Positions 1 to 16,611 of a stretch of 64,000 nt of DNA are shown piece after piece. Under the pieces are notes generated by a model, which had not been told where the DNA came from, ran no database searches, and saw only the letters and a list, made by a program, of their open reading frames with translations. The DNA is from the human T2T-CHM13v2.0 reference genome, Homo sapiens. The position numbers and the translations under genes were made by a program. Position 1 is the first letter of the stretch. Each line of letters opens with the position of its first letter. The stretch is from the NCBI RefSeq assembly GCF_009914755.1, contig NC_060929.1. The stretch is one strand, 5' to 3'.

Positions 1-43
1 GTATGTGGTTGGATTTGCAGAAACCGTGGTGGAGTTGCTTAAG
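1..43 (+). CDS. SLC12A2: SLC12A2/NKCC1 exon 5, 3' part (truncated by window edge)
   Basis: Frame from position 2 reads YVVGFAETVVELLK (TM3, Y383-K396), followed by donor AAG|GTAATT at 44. Confidence 0.95.
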
Positions 44-204
44 GTAATTCACCTTCCTTCTAGTCATTCGTTTACCAAATCTTTATTGAGGGATTATATG
101 CCGATCACCATGTTAGAGGTTGGGAAAGCAGTGATATGATGACCAAGAGATTCGTCCTTCATAAAGTTTACTACAGGAGATAGGCAAAGAACAAAATACT
201 ATTA

Positions 205-863
<659 letters not shown>

Positions 864-3001
864 ACAAACATTTTTGTATGGTTCAAGCACAAAAGCAGCA
901 AGACATTTAATACTAGAGAGAGAAAAAATAATCAGGAGAAGGGTCTTATTTCCATTGAAGTTAGGGTCTTGTTTGGGATTGGGGGGCGTGACATGCTCAG
1001 ATTTGGGATGTAGGGAAGTATCTGACCATGGTACGGAGAATGGACTTGAGGAATCACAAATGGAAATAGAGACCATTTAGAAGGTTGTAGGTGTCCTGGG
1101 AGAGGAGATGGTGGCTTATATTAAAACAGTGACTTGTGGAGCGGGAAAGATGTGGGCGAATTTGGGAGATTTTAAAGAATTTGAAGGATTGGATTTGATA
1201 ATTAATGGGATGTGAGAAATTAGAGAAATAGGAGGATTTCAAGTTTATACACAAATTTCTGACTTTTGGATTTAGATGGAAGATAATGCCATTTGCGGTG
1301 TGATGGATAACACAGGACAGTTTAGTTTGAATGTGTTAACTAGAAGAACCATGAGTATATCCAAATAGAGCTGGCTGTATTGCTCTGGAGTATAATTAAA
1401 GAAGAGTGCAATAGGATTCCTCAAATATTATTAAATGAGAGGAACCTCAAGTGACACCTATAATTGCTCATGTTAGGTTAGGTTGTAACTATTCTACAGT
1501 AGTAAATGGTACATAAGGAAGTATAAAATCTGACAAGGATTGACACCTGCGTTGACATTGACCTTTACATGTTTACACCAAAGGGATGAAGAAAAAGGGC
1601 TATAATACCATGAGTAAGCAATGTACTCATTAGAGTTTATATTCTTTCATTGTTTAATTTAGTGTATATTTTTATTTGATAGTCAAAGTTTAAGGTTTAC
1701 TCTATGAAGTCTTATCAAAGTATTTAATTAGGGTTTATACATGTTTTTGTTTCATGGAAAATTTAACTTAGAGAAATATGAAATTTCAAACATTTTAAAC
1801 TACATTTATTATATAAAATATTGAGCTATAGCAGTAGTCTTCTATTACAATCATAGTCCATGAATCTAAAAGCCAGTCAATAGATACATTTACACTAGTA
1901 CCGTTTTTTTTCAAGTAATTCTCAGATATGATTTTCCAAATGCTATAGGGAATTTCAACGATCAGATTAATTCAAGAGATGTCGAAATCAAATTTAAAAA
2001 AACACTAAAAAATTTTTTTGCAAAGTAAAAAGTATGTAGCTTTATGAAATTGAATGGGACCCTTGAAGGTGGACAAGGTTGGGAAATGACTTTTCCTACT
2101 GTGTTGATTAAATATTAACACTTTCTATGCCTTCAGTTGACAAAAGCATCTTTGGATCTTTGGATCTAGGGGTTTTTCCACCCTAATATTTGTATTAAGG
2201 TCATTTATCTGGAATTCAAGTAATTTTTTTCCTCCCTTGTAATTGACTTTTATGAAATAATTTCTTTTGAAAAGCATTAACAAGATTGCTTTTTCTTAAA
2301 AGAAGCAAATTGATAGGATTATTATAATCTGTACTTTAGTCAATTGCACAGAATATAGTCGTCCTGAGTTATCAAAACAACTAAATTATGTTTTAGTTTT
2401 TTTGTGCCTTTTATTACCTTATTTGAGAAGTGGTAGTAATTGATAAATAGCTTTTGCTTAGTTAACTGGGATATCATAATCTTTAATTTTATCCTAGATG
2501 GGAATCTTTTAAAAATGCCATTGATATTAAACTACAAATAATTTTGTTTGCAGAGTGGAAACAGTGTGTTTTTGGACAGCAGCAGGAAGTTGTGCTTATC
2601 ACTTACTCTCTCACAGTATAAAAGACCTTTAAAAGCATGAGTTCACTAATCACAATAAATACAAAATATATTTCTGCTATATAACTTAAAATTCTAACTA
2701 GCAGTATTAGTTATAACTTTTTTACTTCTTTGTTAGCAATTCCTTTTTTGATTTATTGAGTCTATATTAAATATAGAAGCATTAATAATCATACATTTAT
2801 GTCATCAGATGCTTGAATGACTAACACCTCAGTGGTAAATAGTAATTTGTTCCTTTAGGTCTTCCATTTATTCCTTAAGCAACCATTTATTCAACTTCTT
2901 CATGTAAGGCACCGTAATATCTCTAAAATGTTTCAAAAGGAGTGTGAATGTGTATAAAAATAACTAGTATTGCTTATTATATTTATGATTCCTTTTTCTA
3001 G

Positions 3002-3193
<192 letters not shown>

Positions 3194-4356
3194 TAATATT
3201 TCCAGATTCTAATGGTACCTAAGTGGCCATTTTCACAAATGTTTATGTATAAGGTTATTTTCTACTTGACAAGGCAGAGAATCTTTGGAGATAACACTCA
3301 GCCTAGGATCTAGTTAAACACAGTACTTTGTAAATTTTGAATTTCCCGCCTTCTCGCCCATCCTCCAGTTTTGCAGTATGTAAAAATGCTGAGGTCAGTG
3401 TGTTAGTCCAAATTAAACGTTTGGCTTTGTAATTTATTTAAAAGTTCAACTTAGACATGGGGCAGTAAATAAAAGTTATTGCCCACATGAGGTTAGAGAA
3501 GTTATTCTTGCTATTGAAATTTCAGAAGTTAGGACTACCAAAGCCAGTATCATTGTTTCTGGAAAAAATTGCTAAAGTCACATGTTACCCATAAGCAGAG
3601 CACCCAGAAGTGTTTTTGTCTCTTTGAGAATTAGAGCATCATAGCACAGCTGTAGTTTCCCAAGTAATGGATATCCACAAAGGTGTTTACTTTTGAAGAC
3701 CTTATAAAAGTCACATATTTGTGCTATATATGATATGATAATGTTTACCAAACCAAAAATTAGGAAAGCCTGAAAGAATAATTTTTTCAATCTTGTTCTT
3801 TATTGTAAAGTCATATTAGTGTAAAATTAAATCATTTATTTACACATTTTACAAATTGACTGTATGAAAATAACAGAATTTTATACCACCTGGGACATGA
3901 TTAGCATGTATGTAGTTCCATTTCCCACAGATGACACCGTTTTTCATGAGTGTTCAGGTTTATTGAGAGGTTGAGAGTGGAGAAGGGGAAATGGTAGTTT
4001 TCATAGATTGTTCTTTCCTTCCAATCCCATTGCTACTTGAATTTCCCTCCTGTATATTGTCATCTTCTTTCTGTACTTTTTCTTATTTTCCTGTAGCAAT
4101 CACACACTCAACATTATGTTTGGACCATGTATAAAACTTGTGTTTGTGTCCAGCATGTTCTCCATGTCAAGATGGTAGTGTTAAGGTGGAAGAGACAGGA
4201 ATGAATGATCTAGAATGAAAGCCTATATTGTTTTGGAATTTACAGTGCTTTATGGTTTGTGGGAAGGCATGCACATCTTTAACTCATTTCAGAAATATGG
4301 CATGATCTCACTTTTACTATCTTTTTTTTCCCCAGATATTTCTTTAAAGATCTCTT

Positions 4357-4475
4357 TGTTCATTAAACAAGGATTTATTGAGCAGCTGCTTGGCATATGG
4401 CATTGTTTAAGGCACTGGGGAATCAGGCAAAACAAGACAGAAATTCTTTCCCTCATGGAAGTTATATTCTAGGGG
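4357..4475 (-). mobile_element. L2 3'-end fragment
   Basis: ttcattaaacaaggatttattgagc...ggcactgggg...ccctcatggaagttatattctag resembles the reverse complement of the L2 tail. Confidence 0.55.
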
Positions 4476-4521
4476 AATTGAATCAAGATATAGAAACAAG
4501 ATACTTGATTTTAATTTTTAA

Positions 4522-4650
<129 letters not shown>

Positions 4651-5619
4651 TAAAAAAGATTCAATATTTTTTAAGGGTACCTATTTATAGAATTCTATCA
4701 TCAATTAAATTTTGTACATTTCAGATATTTTGTAACAGAATTGACTATGGTTTGGTGATTCACCCTAATTTACAATTTAGTTTTGTCCCCTTTATGCTGT
4801 ACAGTTGGAGTAAAAATTACTTCTATTTACATCTTTTCTTTTTCATTATTAGCAACAAAAGGTGATAGAATATGGAGAAATCAGTGCTGCTAAGAAAAGG
4901 AGATTTTATTCTCTACTAGTTTTGGGAATTTGTAACTGAATTTCTAACTTTTGTTCTAATATGACTTTCATTCTTTTAACATATTTAAGCACAACAGTAT
5001 AAAAGCGCCTAAGATTGTGAAAGCAATTATTGGTATAATTGCATTTTTCAAGAGTGCAGGCCATTTGATTTTTAGGAGATCTCTCCAGTTGGGTTTGTCT
5101 TATTTGTTTTTATAGATTCAGGTTATTTATGTTTGTCAGGAACGTAAGTGAACCGTGTCTCCTTCTCAGTCCAGCACATTTGGAGGGTGCATGATGCAGT
5201 TTTTTATATTACTTAGTGGTGTTAGTTTTGATGACTTAGTCAAGGTTATACCTGCACAGTTTCTCTATTGTGAAGTTGCTGTTTTTTTCTTTGCAGTTAG
5301 TAAGTGATCTGTGGAAGAATACTCTGAGACTGTTCATAGCCCTGTCAAACTTCTACCAAATGGCTTCATCCTTAACCCCTCTCACATCTGGCTTTTGTTG
5401 GTTAAAATATGTCAGATGGTGATAGATGCACTATGAATTTTTTGTCCTCTGCTTCATTTCTCTTAGTCATTCCTTCTCCTTCTTGAAACATGTCTATTTT
5501 ATTCGATGTCAGATACCCTAGGTGCCTAACTCACTGGTCACTATGTCCATTACTCCTGTTACCCCCTTTAAATGCAGAATTTTACAACTATTATAGTGCT
5601 GACCTTCTAACTATACACT

Positions 5620-6530
5620 CTCCCTTGGGTGGTGTGTATTCTCATGGCTCAAAATGCTATTAAGGGACTGACATGTTTCTATTCCTGAATCTCTCCTTTA
5701 AAGTCCAAACATAAATATATATCCAACTGATTATTTGAAGTCTCTCCTACTTATTTCTTCTCAGGCTTTTCCATCTAAGCAAGTAGCTGAAACCAGGATC
5801 TTAGTGTTTCCCGTCCTACCTGCTCCTCTTAATTTCTAATCCTTTCCTAATCAGTGTATTTATTCTCCCATCTCTAGATTGAACCTCTGCAGCAACCTCC
5901 TAATGGGCCTCCCTGTTATCAGATGTTGAATCTTTCAGTCCATTGTCCACACAACATTAATAGTATATGTCATTTGCGTGTTTATGACCCTACTTTGGTT
6001 TTCCATTTTATTTAGGATAAATTTAACTTTTATAAAATATTCACACTCTGTTCCTCAGTGGTCACTCCAATTTCATTTAATTTTTCTCCTTACTATAAGA
6101 ATTTTATCTTCTTTTATTTCCTCAGAAGAGTTAAACCTTTTTCTACTTTGGGGTCTTCATATATGTTGTTTCTCTTTTCTGGTATACTCTTTTTCCCTGA
6201 TGATCACATGGCTGATTCTTGCTCAGCAAACTCTTAGCTTAAGTATTGTCTCCTTCCTTATATTTGCTTAGCCTTCTGTAACCACATTGAATTAGATTCT
6301 CTCTCTCTCTCATTTGTTATTCACAAATCCCTGTTTCCATCAGAACATTTACTGCTGTTTATAATTACCTGTTATTTTGGTCATTTGCTATTGAGACTCT
6401 TAAATTCCATGAAGGCAGGAACAATGTCTAACTTGTTTATATTGCATCTCCAAGTACTTTGAGGTGCTAGAAAGCTCTAGTACAGGACCTGACACATAGT
6501 AGCTGCTGAAGTATTGAATGGATAGATGGA
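5620..6530 (+). mobile_element. Degenerate L2 fragment(s)
   Basis: Pyrimidine-rich L2-like body ending cctgacacatagtagctgctg...gaatggatagatgga. Confidence 0.5.
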
Positions 6531-6772
6531 TACATTACAGTTAGTCGGTTATCTTAGAGTCAGAGATGAAAACACTAGGTCTAGTTGAAGCTTTTATTGT
6601 TGTTGAAATAGAAAGGAACTTTACTTAGGGTAGCTAATTGTCTGACAGCCTCAAAAATCAATAGGTGACTAGACAGCAGAGAAAGCTGTGGACCAAAATC
6701 TATACAGATAGTAAAGTAAGTTGGAAGCTATCAAAAAGTTGATTCTATATTATTATGATGTTGCTTTTGTTT

Positions 6773-7070
6773 TCCTTTTTTTTTTTTTTCTTGAGATGGG
6801 GTCTCACTCTGTCACCCAGGCTGGAGTGCAATGGCATGATCATGGGTCACTGGAGTGTCGACTGTCCAGGCTTAAATGATTCTCTCACCCCAGCCTCCCA
6901 AGTAGCTGGGACCACAGGCATGTGCCACCACTCCTGGCTAATTTTTTAATTATTTCTAGAGTCAAGGTCTTCCTTGTGTTGCCCAGGCTGGTCTCAAACT
7001 GCTGGGCTCAAGAAATCTGCCTGCTTCGGTCTCCCAACGTGCTGAAATTACAGGCGTGAGGCACCACGCC
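6773..7070 (-). mobile_element. Alu (AluJ-like)
   Basis: Poly-T then gagatggggtctcactctgtcacccaggctggagtgca; divergent body. Confidence 0.9.
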
Positions 7071-7345
7071 ATGCCCCCTTTTGTTTTTCTACCTCCCTTC
7101 TTGCTTCTTTTACCTCAGAGATTGAGGGGATTATCCACATTTTGATTTGCATTTGGGCTAGTCATAACAATTCATTCAGAGGCTCTTGAAACATAATTAG
7201 CGAGGTATACAAAAAATGAGACATGAATCAGATCAGATGATCATTTTGATGGTAAACCATTGTCTCATACAAGAAAAGAACACCAAATACTTGAACTGGG
7301 AAATATGCAAAAATTTACTCGTTACTTTAACTGAAGAAAAGTTAG

Positions 7346-7597
<252 letters not shown>

Positions 7598-7660
7598 TAA
7601 AAGTGGAATTTGTATATTTATTTTTACAGATAGACTTTAAAAAATCTTCTTGTCTTCTAG

Positions 7661-7750
<90 letters not shown>

Positions 7751-8802
7751 TAGTTTCACATTTCTTTATGTGTCGCAGAAATTTCATGATGTACGTACTA
7801 TAAATACTTATTTTTATGACATTTGCTAACTTTTTTAAATACAGAAATATTTCAATAAAAAGACATGGAGTTGCTCATTATAATTCAAAAACAGTTTTTA
7901 GAAAACTAGTAATGACTTCTATAGACATTATCTAAACCGCCAAATGCTTTATGGTATCTCCAGGATTTTTATTAATTATGGTAAATTAAAAAATTATATG
8001 AAATTGCATCTATAAACTCATTCCACTGAGATACTGAAAACAATGTATGTGTAGAAGCAAATGAATTTCACTCTTACAAATTTCTGTATTTTTTTAAGAT
8101 GGTTATTTATTTTTTTTTTTTACAGTATATGAAGATTCTTTCAAGGCTATTAAGCAATGCTTGGCAATTTTTTACTATAAAAACACTGGTTTTGAAGATT
8201 AGGACATACTAAGTTTTACTTAGGAAAAGTTTTACTAAATTCTTAGTAAATTGAATGAAAGTGATTTCAAAACCATGTTATTACTTCATGGGATCATGGA
8301 TCAACTTCATGGTTACTTCATGGGATCAACTTGAAAGGACTTAAGTGGTCAACCAGTCTCTAATCCTTTTCTTACAGATGAGAGGATAGAAGTTCCGAGA
8401 TTTCACTACCAAAGATAGTGGCATTTGTTTTAGAGAATTGTTTTCATGGCAAAGAAGGTTTTTTTGTTGTTTGTTTTAAATAAAGTCTTTAAGGCTATTT
8501 TCTATGAATTACTATTAGTTTACATATGGTTTGCATTTGTCAAGCTTTACAGTTAAATTTCTTAAGCATAATGCAAAAGTAAATCTTAGTTTAATACTAA
8601 TGTAAAGAATCATAAACTCCAAGCCCATAGGCTACACAATATGAGGTTTCTATTGGATTTGGTAAGAAAATTTCATTTTTGCTATATATTCACTGATTTG
8701 CTGGGAAGTAATAGCAGAATTATATTTATAAACTCTACTATTTGCTTAAATGTAATTTTGAAATTTCACTACATGACAGAAATACTAATAATATCATGGT
8801 GA

Positions 8803-9135
<333 letters not shown>

Positions 9136-10608
9136 TGAATTGGCATTTACAGAGGAATTTGGATTTCATTTATCCTTAGAATTCACACACAAATCTCTGA
9201 AATTTATTTTGAAAACACGGATGAATATATATGCCTAGCAAAATATATGGGTTCCCCTAAAAGTTCCTAGCATGCTTCTATACATTATTGCTAAAGAAAA
9301 TTTAGGCATAAAGTGACATAATTGATTATGTTTTAACTTGTAAAATAGTTTGTTACAGCAAATATTTTCTATTTTTATTTTACCGTCTAACATTGCTGGC
9401 CCTCATGCTCATTTCATTCTGTCTGCATTAGCCCTTGGAGCAATAGGGGTAACCCCTTGATGCTGATGTTCAGTAGCTAGGCCAGTAAAGGCAGCCTCTA
9501 CACCAGTGGTTGTTAAGCTCAAAGAAGTGGAACCTTCCCCCCCCAAAAAATTTCAGGCATAGACTATCAGAATACAAAGCACATGAAAGTATAGTTACTT
9601 TAGGGCTGGGGGGATTTGCAAGGCTCTATTCTCCCCCCATTCCCCAGTTGTTTCAGAGGTACCTTTATGGAAACATGGTTTTGCAAGGACTGCTCTGAAT
9701 GGTAGATGAAAAAATTGAAAAACAAAGAACTGTATAGTCTGCCTAGTCATTAAAATATCCTCCCTTCTCATACTTAGTTCTGTTTATTCAATTTTTGCTG
9801 TCATGCATGTAATTTTTACCTCAATATATGATGAAATAATACTGAAAAAGTGCTTCAGAAAGTAAAAATCTTTAAAGTATAAGGAATGGTAATTACCATT
9901 AGTTGTGCATTACACGTTACTCTGAATAATAAATTGCTTGTTTCAAGGTCACTTTTAAAATATTTTATTATGGAAGTTTTCAATTTTATGGAAAAGTAGG
10001 GAGGATTTTCAAATTAGCTCAATAATTATTACCCAGCTTCAAAAAAGTTAGCAAAAATATTAGTACATGGTTAATCTTGTTTCATCTATACCCAAGTCAC
10101 TCTGCTCTATGGGTTCTTTTTAAGCAAATCTTAGATACCATGTGTTTTCTTCTTTTTAGGATAATCATATTTGAGACAGAGATTTAAATATAATTATAAT
10201 TCATTAACATTCAAATTATTTTCCCTCACAGAAGAGTGGTATTACCTGAAGTCTGATTTTTAGCCACATTCAAGTATAAAATATTTGGAGTATAGGAAAA
10301 CATCACTGCCATTTGGAACTCTTTCAGTACAGTGTTTTCATATTTACTTAAGGACATCTTAACCAAATAGGCTAGGAAATAGTTTGCTAGTATACCATTT
10401 TCCACAACTCTTTACATGGTTTTTAAGTGTTTATGTGTAAATACTATTCTTTATAAAAGGTTCAGTTTCATCACATATTGGGGACCATGATGCTTTACAA
10501 ATTCTGTTCAAGGTAAAGTCTTAATTGTAAATGCAATGTATGCTATTATAAGGGAGTAGATATGTAGTCACTACTTTGGTTTCTTTATAAATATATATAT
10601 GTATATAA

Positions 10609-10860
<252 letters not shown>

Positions 10861-10931
10861 TAGGGGTGAGACTACTATCAAATATGACCATTCAGAATAT
10901 AGCTGTAACATAGAAGGGAGGACAGTTGTTA

Positions 10932-11239
10932 TTTTTTTTAATTTTTAATTTTTTCTTGAGATAGAGTCTCACTCTGTCGCCCAGGCTGTAGTGCGGTGGT
11001 GCTATCTTGGCTTGCTGCAAGCTCCGCCTCCTAGGTTCAAATGATTCTCTTGCCCCAATCTCCCGCGTAGCTGGGACTATAGGCGCCAGCCACCACACCC
11101 GGCTAATTTTTGTATTTTTAGTAAGGATGGGGTTTTACCATGTTGGTTAGGCTGGTCTCGAACTCCTGACGTCAAGTGATCCACCTGCATGGGCCTCCCA
11201 AAGTGCTGGGATGGCAGGTGTGAGCCACTGCGTCTGGCC
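10932..11239 (-). mobile_element. Alu (AluS)
   Basis: Full-length antisense Alu ~115 nt downstream of exon 10; agttgtt flanks on both sides. Confidence 0.92.
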
Positions 11240-11429
11240 AGTTGTTCTGTATATCCCCTAAAACTGTAAATATCTAATTGGACAAACTAAAATATGAATG
11301 GATAAAATCTGAGGATGTTCAAGAGCAAAGAGCCCCTAGGAGGTAATGCTTTTATAACAGCATGTAATATATATATATATATTAGTGTGTGTGTTTTTAT
11401 ATATGTAATATGTAAGTGTACTGTTTTAG

Positions 11430-12035
11430 AAAGCATGGAATCATCTTGCACATGGTCATATTTGTATGGGTCTGTTTTTGGATTCTTGATTCTGTTCTGT
11501 TGATCTTCGTGTCTGTCCTTGTGCCAGTACCACACATTCCTAATTACTGTAGTTAAATGATAAGTTTTGAGGTCAGGTAGATTAATTCCTCCCATTTTAG
11601 CCTTTCTAAAAAAATTGTTCTAGCTATTTTAGTTCCTTGGTCTTTCCATATAAAAATTTAAAATAACCTTATGTGTGTGTGTGTTTTAATTAATTAATTT
11701 ACTTTTTAATATATTTTCACTTCAGTAGTTTTTGGGGTACATGTGGTTTCTGGTTACATGGATGAATTGTGTTGTGGTGGAGTCTGAGATTTTGGTGCCC
11801 CTATCACCCAAGCACCTTACGTTTATTTTTAAAAAGTCTTGGGATTTTGATAGGAATTACGTTAAACTGGTATATCAGTTTGGAGAGAATTGACTTTGTT
11901 GAGTGTTCAATTCATAAATATCATCTCTCCATTTATTTGTATTTTCTTTGATTTTCTTTCAGTCAGCATTTTGTAGTTTTCAGCATATACGTCCTGTATG
12001 TATTTTGTTAGATTTACGAGTAAGTATTTTTATTT
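11430..12035 (-). mobile_element. Old L1 (L1M) ORF2 fragment, interrupted by a short L1 3'-end piece (~11700-11815)
   Basis: Minus-strand translation GGINLPDLKTYHLTTVIRNVWYWHKDRHEDQQNRI resembles the L1 ORF2p motif [23 protein letters not shown]. Confidence 0.8.
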
Positions 12036-15000
12036 TGCTCAATTTAAACCCATACCAATTAAGTTCAGTTTTCTAATTAGTGTTGTCTTCATAATTGCTT
12101 TATTTATAAATGGCCTTTAAAAAAGCATTGATCAGTATCAATAGTAGTGTTACTTTATTAGATATGGCTCATATAAAGTCATGCAGCATGAAATCACCAT
12201 TTAACATTTAACAACAGAATTTAATTCTGAATGGATACTAGAAAGCTAGTGAATTTCTAAAACATACAAACTAGACAGGTTAGTAGTACTTCTCCAGTAT
12301 TTGGAGGCTGTCAGTTTCTGCTGTTTATTGTTACCTCTATTAAGGTACTGAAAATGAAATGAAGTTTTAGTCTGCCAGATTTATGAGTTTTTAGAAACTG
12401 AAAAAAGATTATATAAGGGGAAAATAAATTACTAAAATTAATTTGGAGGATAATTTTGAGTTGTTTGTTAAGTCCTAGGATGGTAGAAAGAACACAAAGG
12501 TGTAGATTCAGGAGATTAAATCAAAATATTCTATTGTAAATTTATAGAGTACATGGTTCTGCTGATTTCAAAAGAAAAATAAAAATTTTGCTTTGTAATT
12601 TTTTTCAGTATTGTATAAACAGAATAATTTGTATTTTAATGTATTTAAAATTATGTGTTTTATGTACAATCTGTAAGTTTTACAATACAATTTTTAACTA
12701 AAATTTGTAAAGGCATTGTTTTTATTATAAATAAAATTATTTATAATAAAATTATTTATTATAAATATAATAAAATTATGTAGTTTTAAGCAACTGACTG
12801 TACTTTCAGTGGTTACAAATATTGAACCCAATTATGTAATAGAAGTTTGTGTTTTCTAGTCATAAGACTAGGCAAAATTGTAGGAATGAAAGAAAGTATT
12901 CATGTCCAGCTAATGATTCAGGCCAATTCTGACATTGATACTGTGTATGGAAGGCACAAACATTGGTCTTTGCCCAGTGACTGAAAATGCCAGTCAGATT
13001 TCTGTGTGGCCTTAAGATAGAAAAGTTTGTTGTCTTTATCAAGTTTAGTTATGGACTCATTCGAGCAAAGAGGAATTTGGTATAAGTAAAGCTGCTTTTC
13101 TTATTTAAAGGAAGTAAACTTTTCAAAAATACTTTGTAAAGCGATACAACATGAGGGAAAATCTTGTGAAAATATAAATACCTTGGCATTTGGAGAGTGA
13201 AGAATGGTGGATAGGACATAAATGAGGAGTATGTAAGTTGGAGTCTCCATCATAAGATCTATACAAGCCATACTTTATAATCATCTTTTCAGACTTCAGG
13301 GAATAAAGTTATTTAGGTTATCTTCTTGCTCTTAAATTTTAAATTGTGTATATAGTCTTATATTGCTTGCTATATTTCTACATTTTAATGTCCTCTAAAA
13401 CCTTTGACTCACTGTTGCCTAATAAACAAAATGCAATCTTTAGTCTAAATCAGTCAGAGCCCTTCATACCTCTTCTTAAGCCTCACTGCCTTCTGTTCCG
13501 AGTGGACTCCAGGCACTGAGTGTGTTTGTACACACACACATGCATACCCTACTCTTTTGCTTTAGTCATTGCTTCACTCTGCTTGGAATGCACCTGTGGT
13601 TTATTTTCCCATGTCCAAATGTGCCTGACTTCAAGGCCACTTAGTTCTGTGAAGATTTTCTTGAATCCCAAATCATCTTCAACACACACCCCCACACAGA
13701 CTTTTACCATTCATTTTATTTACTTGCTATCTTTTAGCTTTTATTAGACTTTTGTCTTTTTTTCCCCTTTAGAGACAAGACAGTCTTTTTTTCATCTTTG
13801 TTTCCACTGTATATTGTTGACACTAATATCATTATTTACATTGAATATCATTATCCTTGCTGCTGATATTTTACCATTAAATGTTGAGAAGTGCAGAGGT
13901 TACTGGATAACTGTTCAACTATTTAATAGAAAACAGAAAACCTATTATAGCAGGCCCCAAAACATAGTATTTCCAGATGAAAAGCCTGGATCATTATTTA
14001 CTTCAATTTATAACTGATGGAAGAAGGGAAAATGTATTGTTTCCTCAACATGGAAGAGGAAAGGTTATAGTAATGCTGGTGGTGTCAGTTTTGCCTTACT
14101 CCTACAATGCAGAATGTATCATATACTCTGTTCTCTACTTTCGTCCACTTATCTCTTTCTTTGTACTTAATTTAACTTTGAGATCATTAAGACAGATGTA
14201 GAATTTTGTATGATCTAATGAGGCTGTATAGCAGAAATTGGGTTTATTCATTTTAATCTTGACTCATCTGTCCTTTACAATCTCCTTCCCTAAAGATAAG
14301 GTTGTCAGTTCTAAATAATCCAGCATTAATTACCATGAAAAATAGTGATTATGAAAAATGCACAGCATATATGTAACTACTAAATTGTTATTAAAGGGCT
14401 GAGTAGAAAATAATCTTTTCAGATTTTCTCCCCACTCTTAGAAGTCTGCTACTGTCTTTAAAACACTTCAGAGATGTATTCTTCATATTTAACCTTAAAT
14501 CTAATGGAAGATCTAGGGAAAGATGTTTAGTCAACAGGGTGGTTTATGTGTACATGAAATCAGACTTATGCATTGTGGACAGGGATTGTACCCGTTGCTA
14601 ACTTTCCATTTTGTTTAAACAATTAAATTTTACAGTAAAGTGTGTGATAGAAACAGCTTAAAACCTGATTTCCTTATCTCTTTGGTCTCAGTTGACATGT
14701 TCTTAGTCAATATAAATGAAAGATAAAATCTCCACCAATGAAGCAGAGAATCTAGGTGATGATCACCATTCACTGCTGGGAGATTTATAATACCATTCAC
14801 AGCTGTTCAAGTTGACAATAGTTGAATCCACTAAACAACTCCTCCACTTTAATTTTGTGTTTTGACAAGTTTCACAGATTCAGAAGTACACAGTGAATAC
14901 CTGTGTACTTATCCTTCAGTTATATTTACTAGTTTATATTTTACCCTATTTGCTTTGTGTGTGTATATATATAGTCTTTTTCTCCTCAAATAAGTTATAG

Positions 15001-16386
15001 ACATCATGACACGACGATCATTTTGAAGTATTTAATGCATTTTGTGTAAGCACAATATGGTTATCCTACTTAAGAAATTAAACACTGATGAAATACTGTT
15101 ATTTAAATATACATCCTATGTTCATATTTCTCCACTTGTCCCAGTAATGTCTTTTATAGCTATTTTTTCTAAGTCCAGGATTGATCTAGGGTCACACATG
15201 GCATTTAGTTATAGTGTCATTTTAAAATCATTTAATCTAGGGGAGTTTCTAGCCCACATTAATCTTCATGACATTGACATTTTCAACATTTGAACCAGGT
15301 TGTTTTTGAATTATGCCTCTCAGTTTGAATTCACCTGAATTCATGATCTTAGTGATCAATCCTATGTTGTTGGTGTTTTTTTTTTTTTTAAGTCTTCTAA
15401 GAGGAAATGTTTGAACATGTACACAGAGAAAGCAATATAATATACCTAGTATCTACATTACCCAGCTTTATCAGTTATCAATGCATGGTTAATTTTGTTT
15501 CATGTGTAACTCTTCCTATCCCAGATTATTTAGAGCAAAACCCTAGACTTTATATCATATCTTTTCGCTGGAAATATTTCCACATTTAGCTCTAGAAGAT
15601 AAAAGGTTAGAAAAAAATAACCACAATACTATCTTAACATAAGAAACAGCCTTCCTAATAGAAGTACATGATGGCACTTACACAGTATTCTTGCCAAAAC
15701 TTGTACCTCATTTTGATTAACTGTCTAGATAGAACCAGTTTACTAGAATTATAGAAATGAGAAGAGGTTAAGCAATACAATGATGATGAAGTCAGAAAAA
15801 TCCAGAGTATGAGATCTCCATGGGAGAAATGATAGAAAAATAATAAAAGGAAAAGGAAATGTGAACCTGTTGATTGAAAAAGACTGAAGAGACGCATAAA
15901 CCAAATATAATGTGTAACCTTTTTTTTTTTTTTTTTGGATCCTGATTTGAACAGACTATTTTTAAAAGATAAGAAAGGACAATTTAGGGAATTTGAATGC
16001 TGACTTGCCTTTTTTGTGGTACTGTTAAGCAATTATTAAGTTTCTAAGCTGCGACAGTGGCATTGTAGTTAAGTTTTCAAAAGTCCTTACCTGTTAGAGA
16101 TACGTACTGACATATTTATGTGCTAAAGGATATCTGGGACTTGTTTCAAAATATTGTGGGGAATAGCCCTAAGTTGATCATTGTTGAAATTAGGTGATGG
16201 ATGTTAGCAGTTCATTACACTCTTCTCTCTGCCATTGTGTGTGTTTAACATTTTACGAATGAAAAGGTTTTCTTAAGGTAAGGGCTAGTGGTAAATAAAT
16301 TTGTTTCAGATATTTGTAATGCACATAGCGTTGTTGTTATTATTATTATAAAATGATCCCTAGTGTTAACCTCCTTCAAGATGTGA

Positions 16387-16611
<225 letters not shown>

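Noticed and set aside
7621-7633. Upstream tttttacag/atag acceptor-like sites in the 99-nt intron 8
   Set aside because: Use would leave an intron of only ~68-72 nt, and the cag site would shift the frame. No support from the sequence alone.
9440-9480. Short palindrome aggggtaacccct and TGATG/CTGA motifs suggesting a C/D snoRNA
   Set aside because: No properly spaced C box (RTGATGA) and D box with a terminal stem could be identified.
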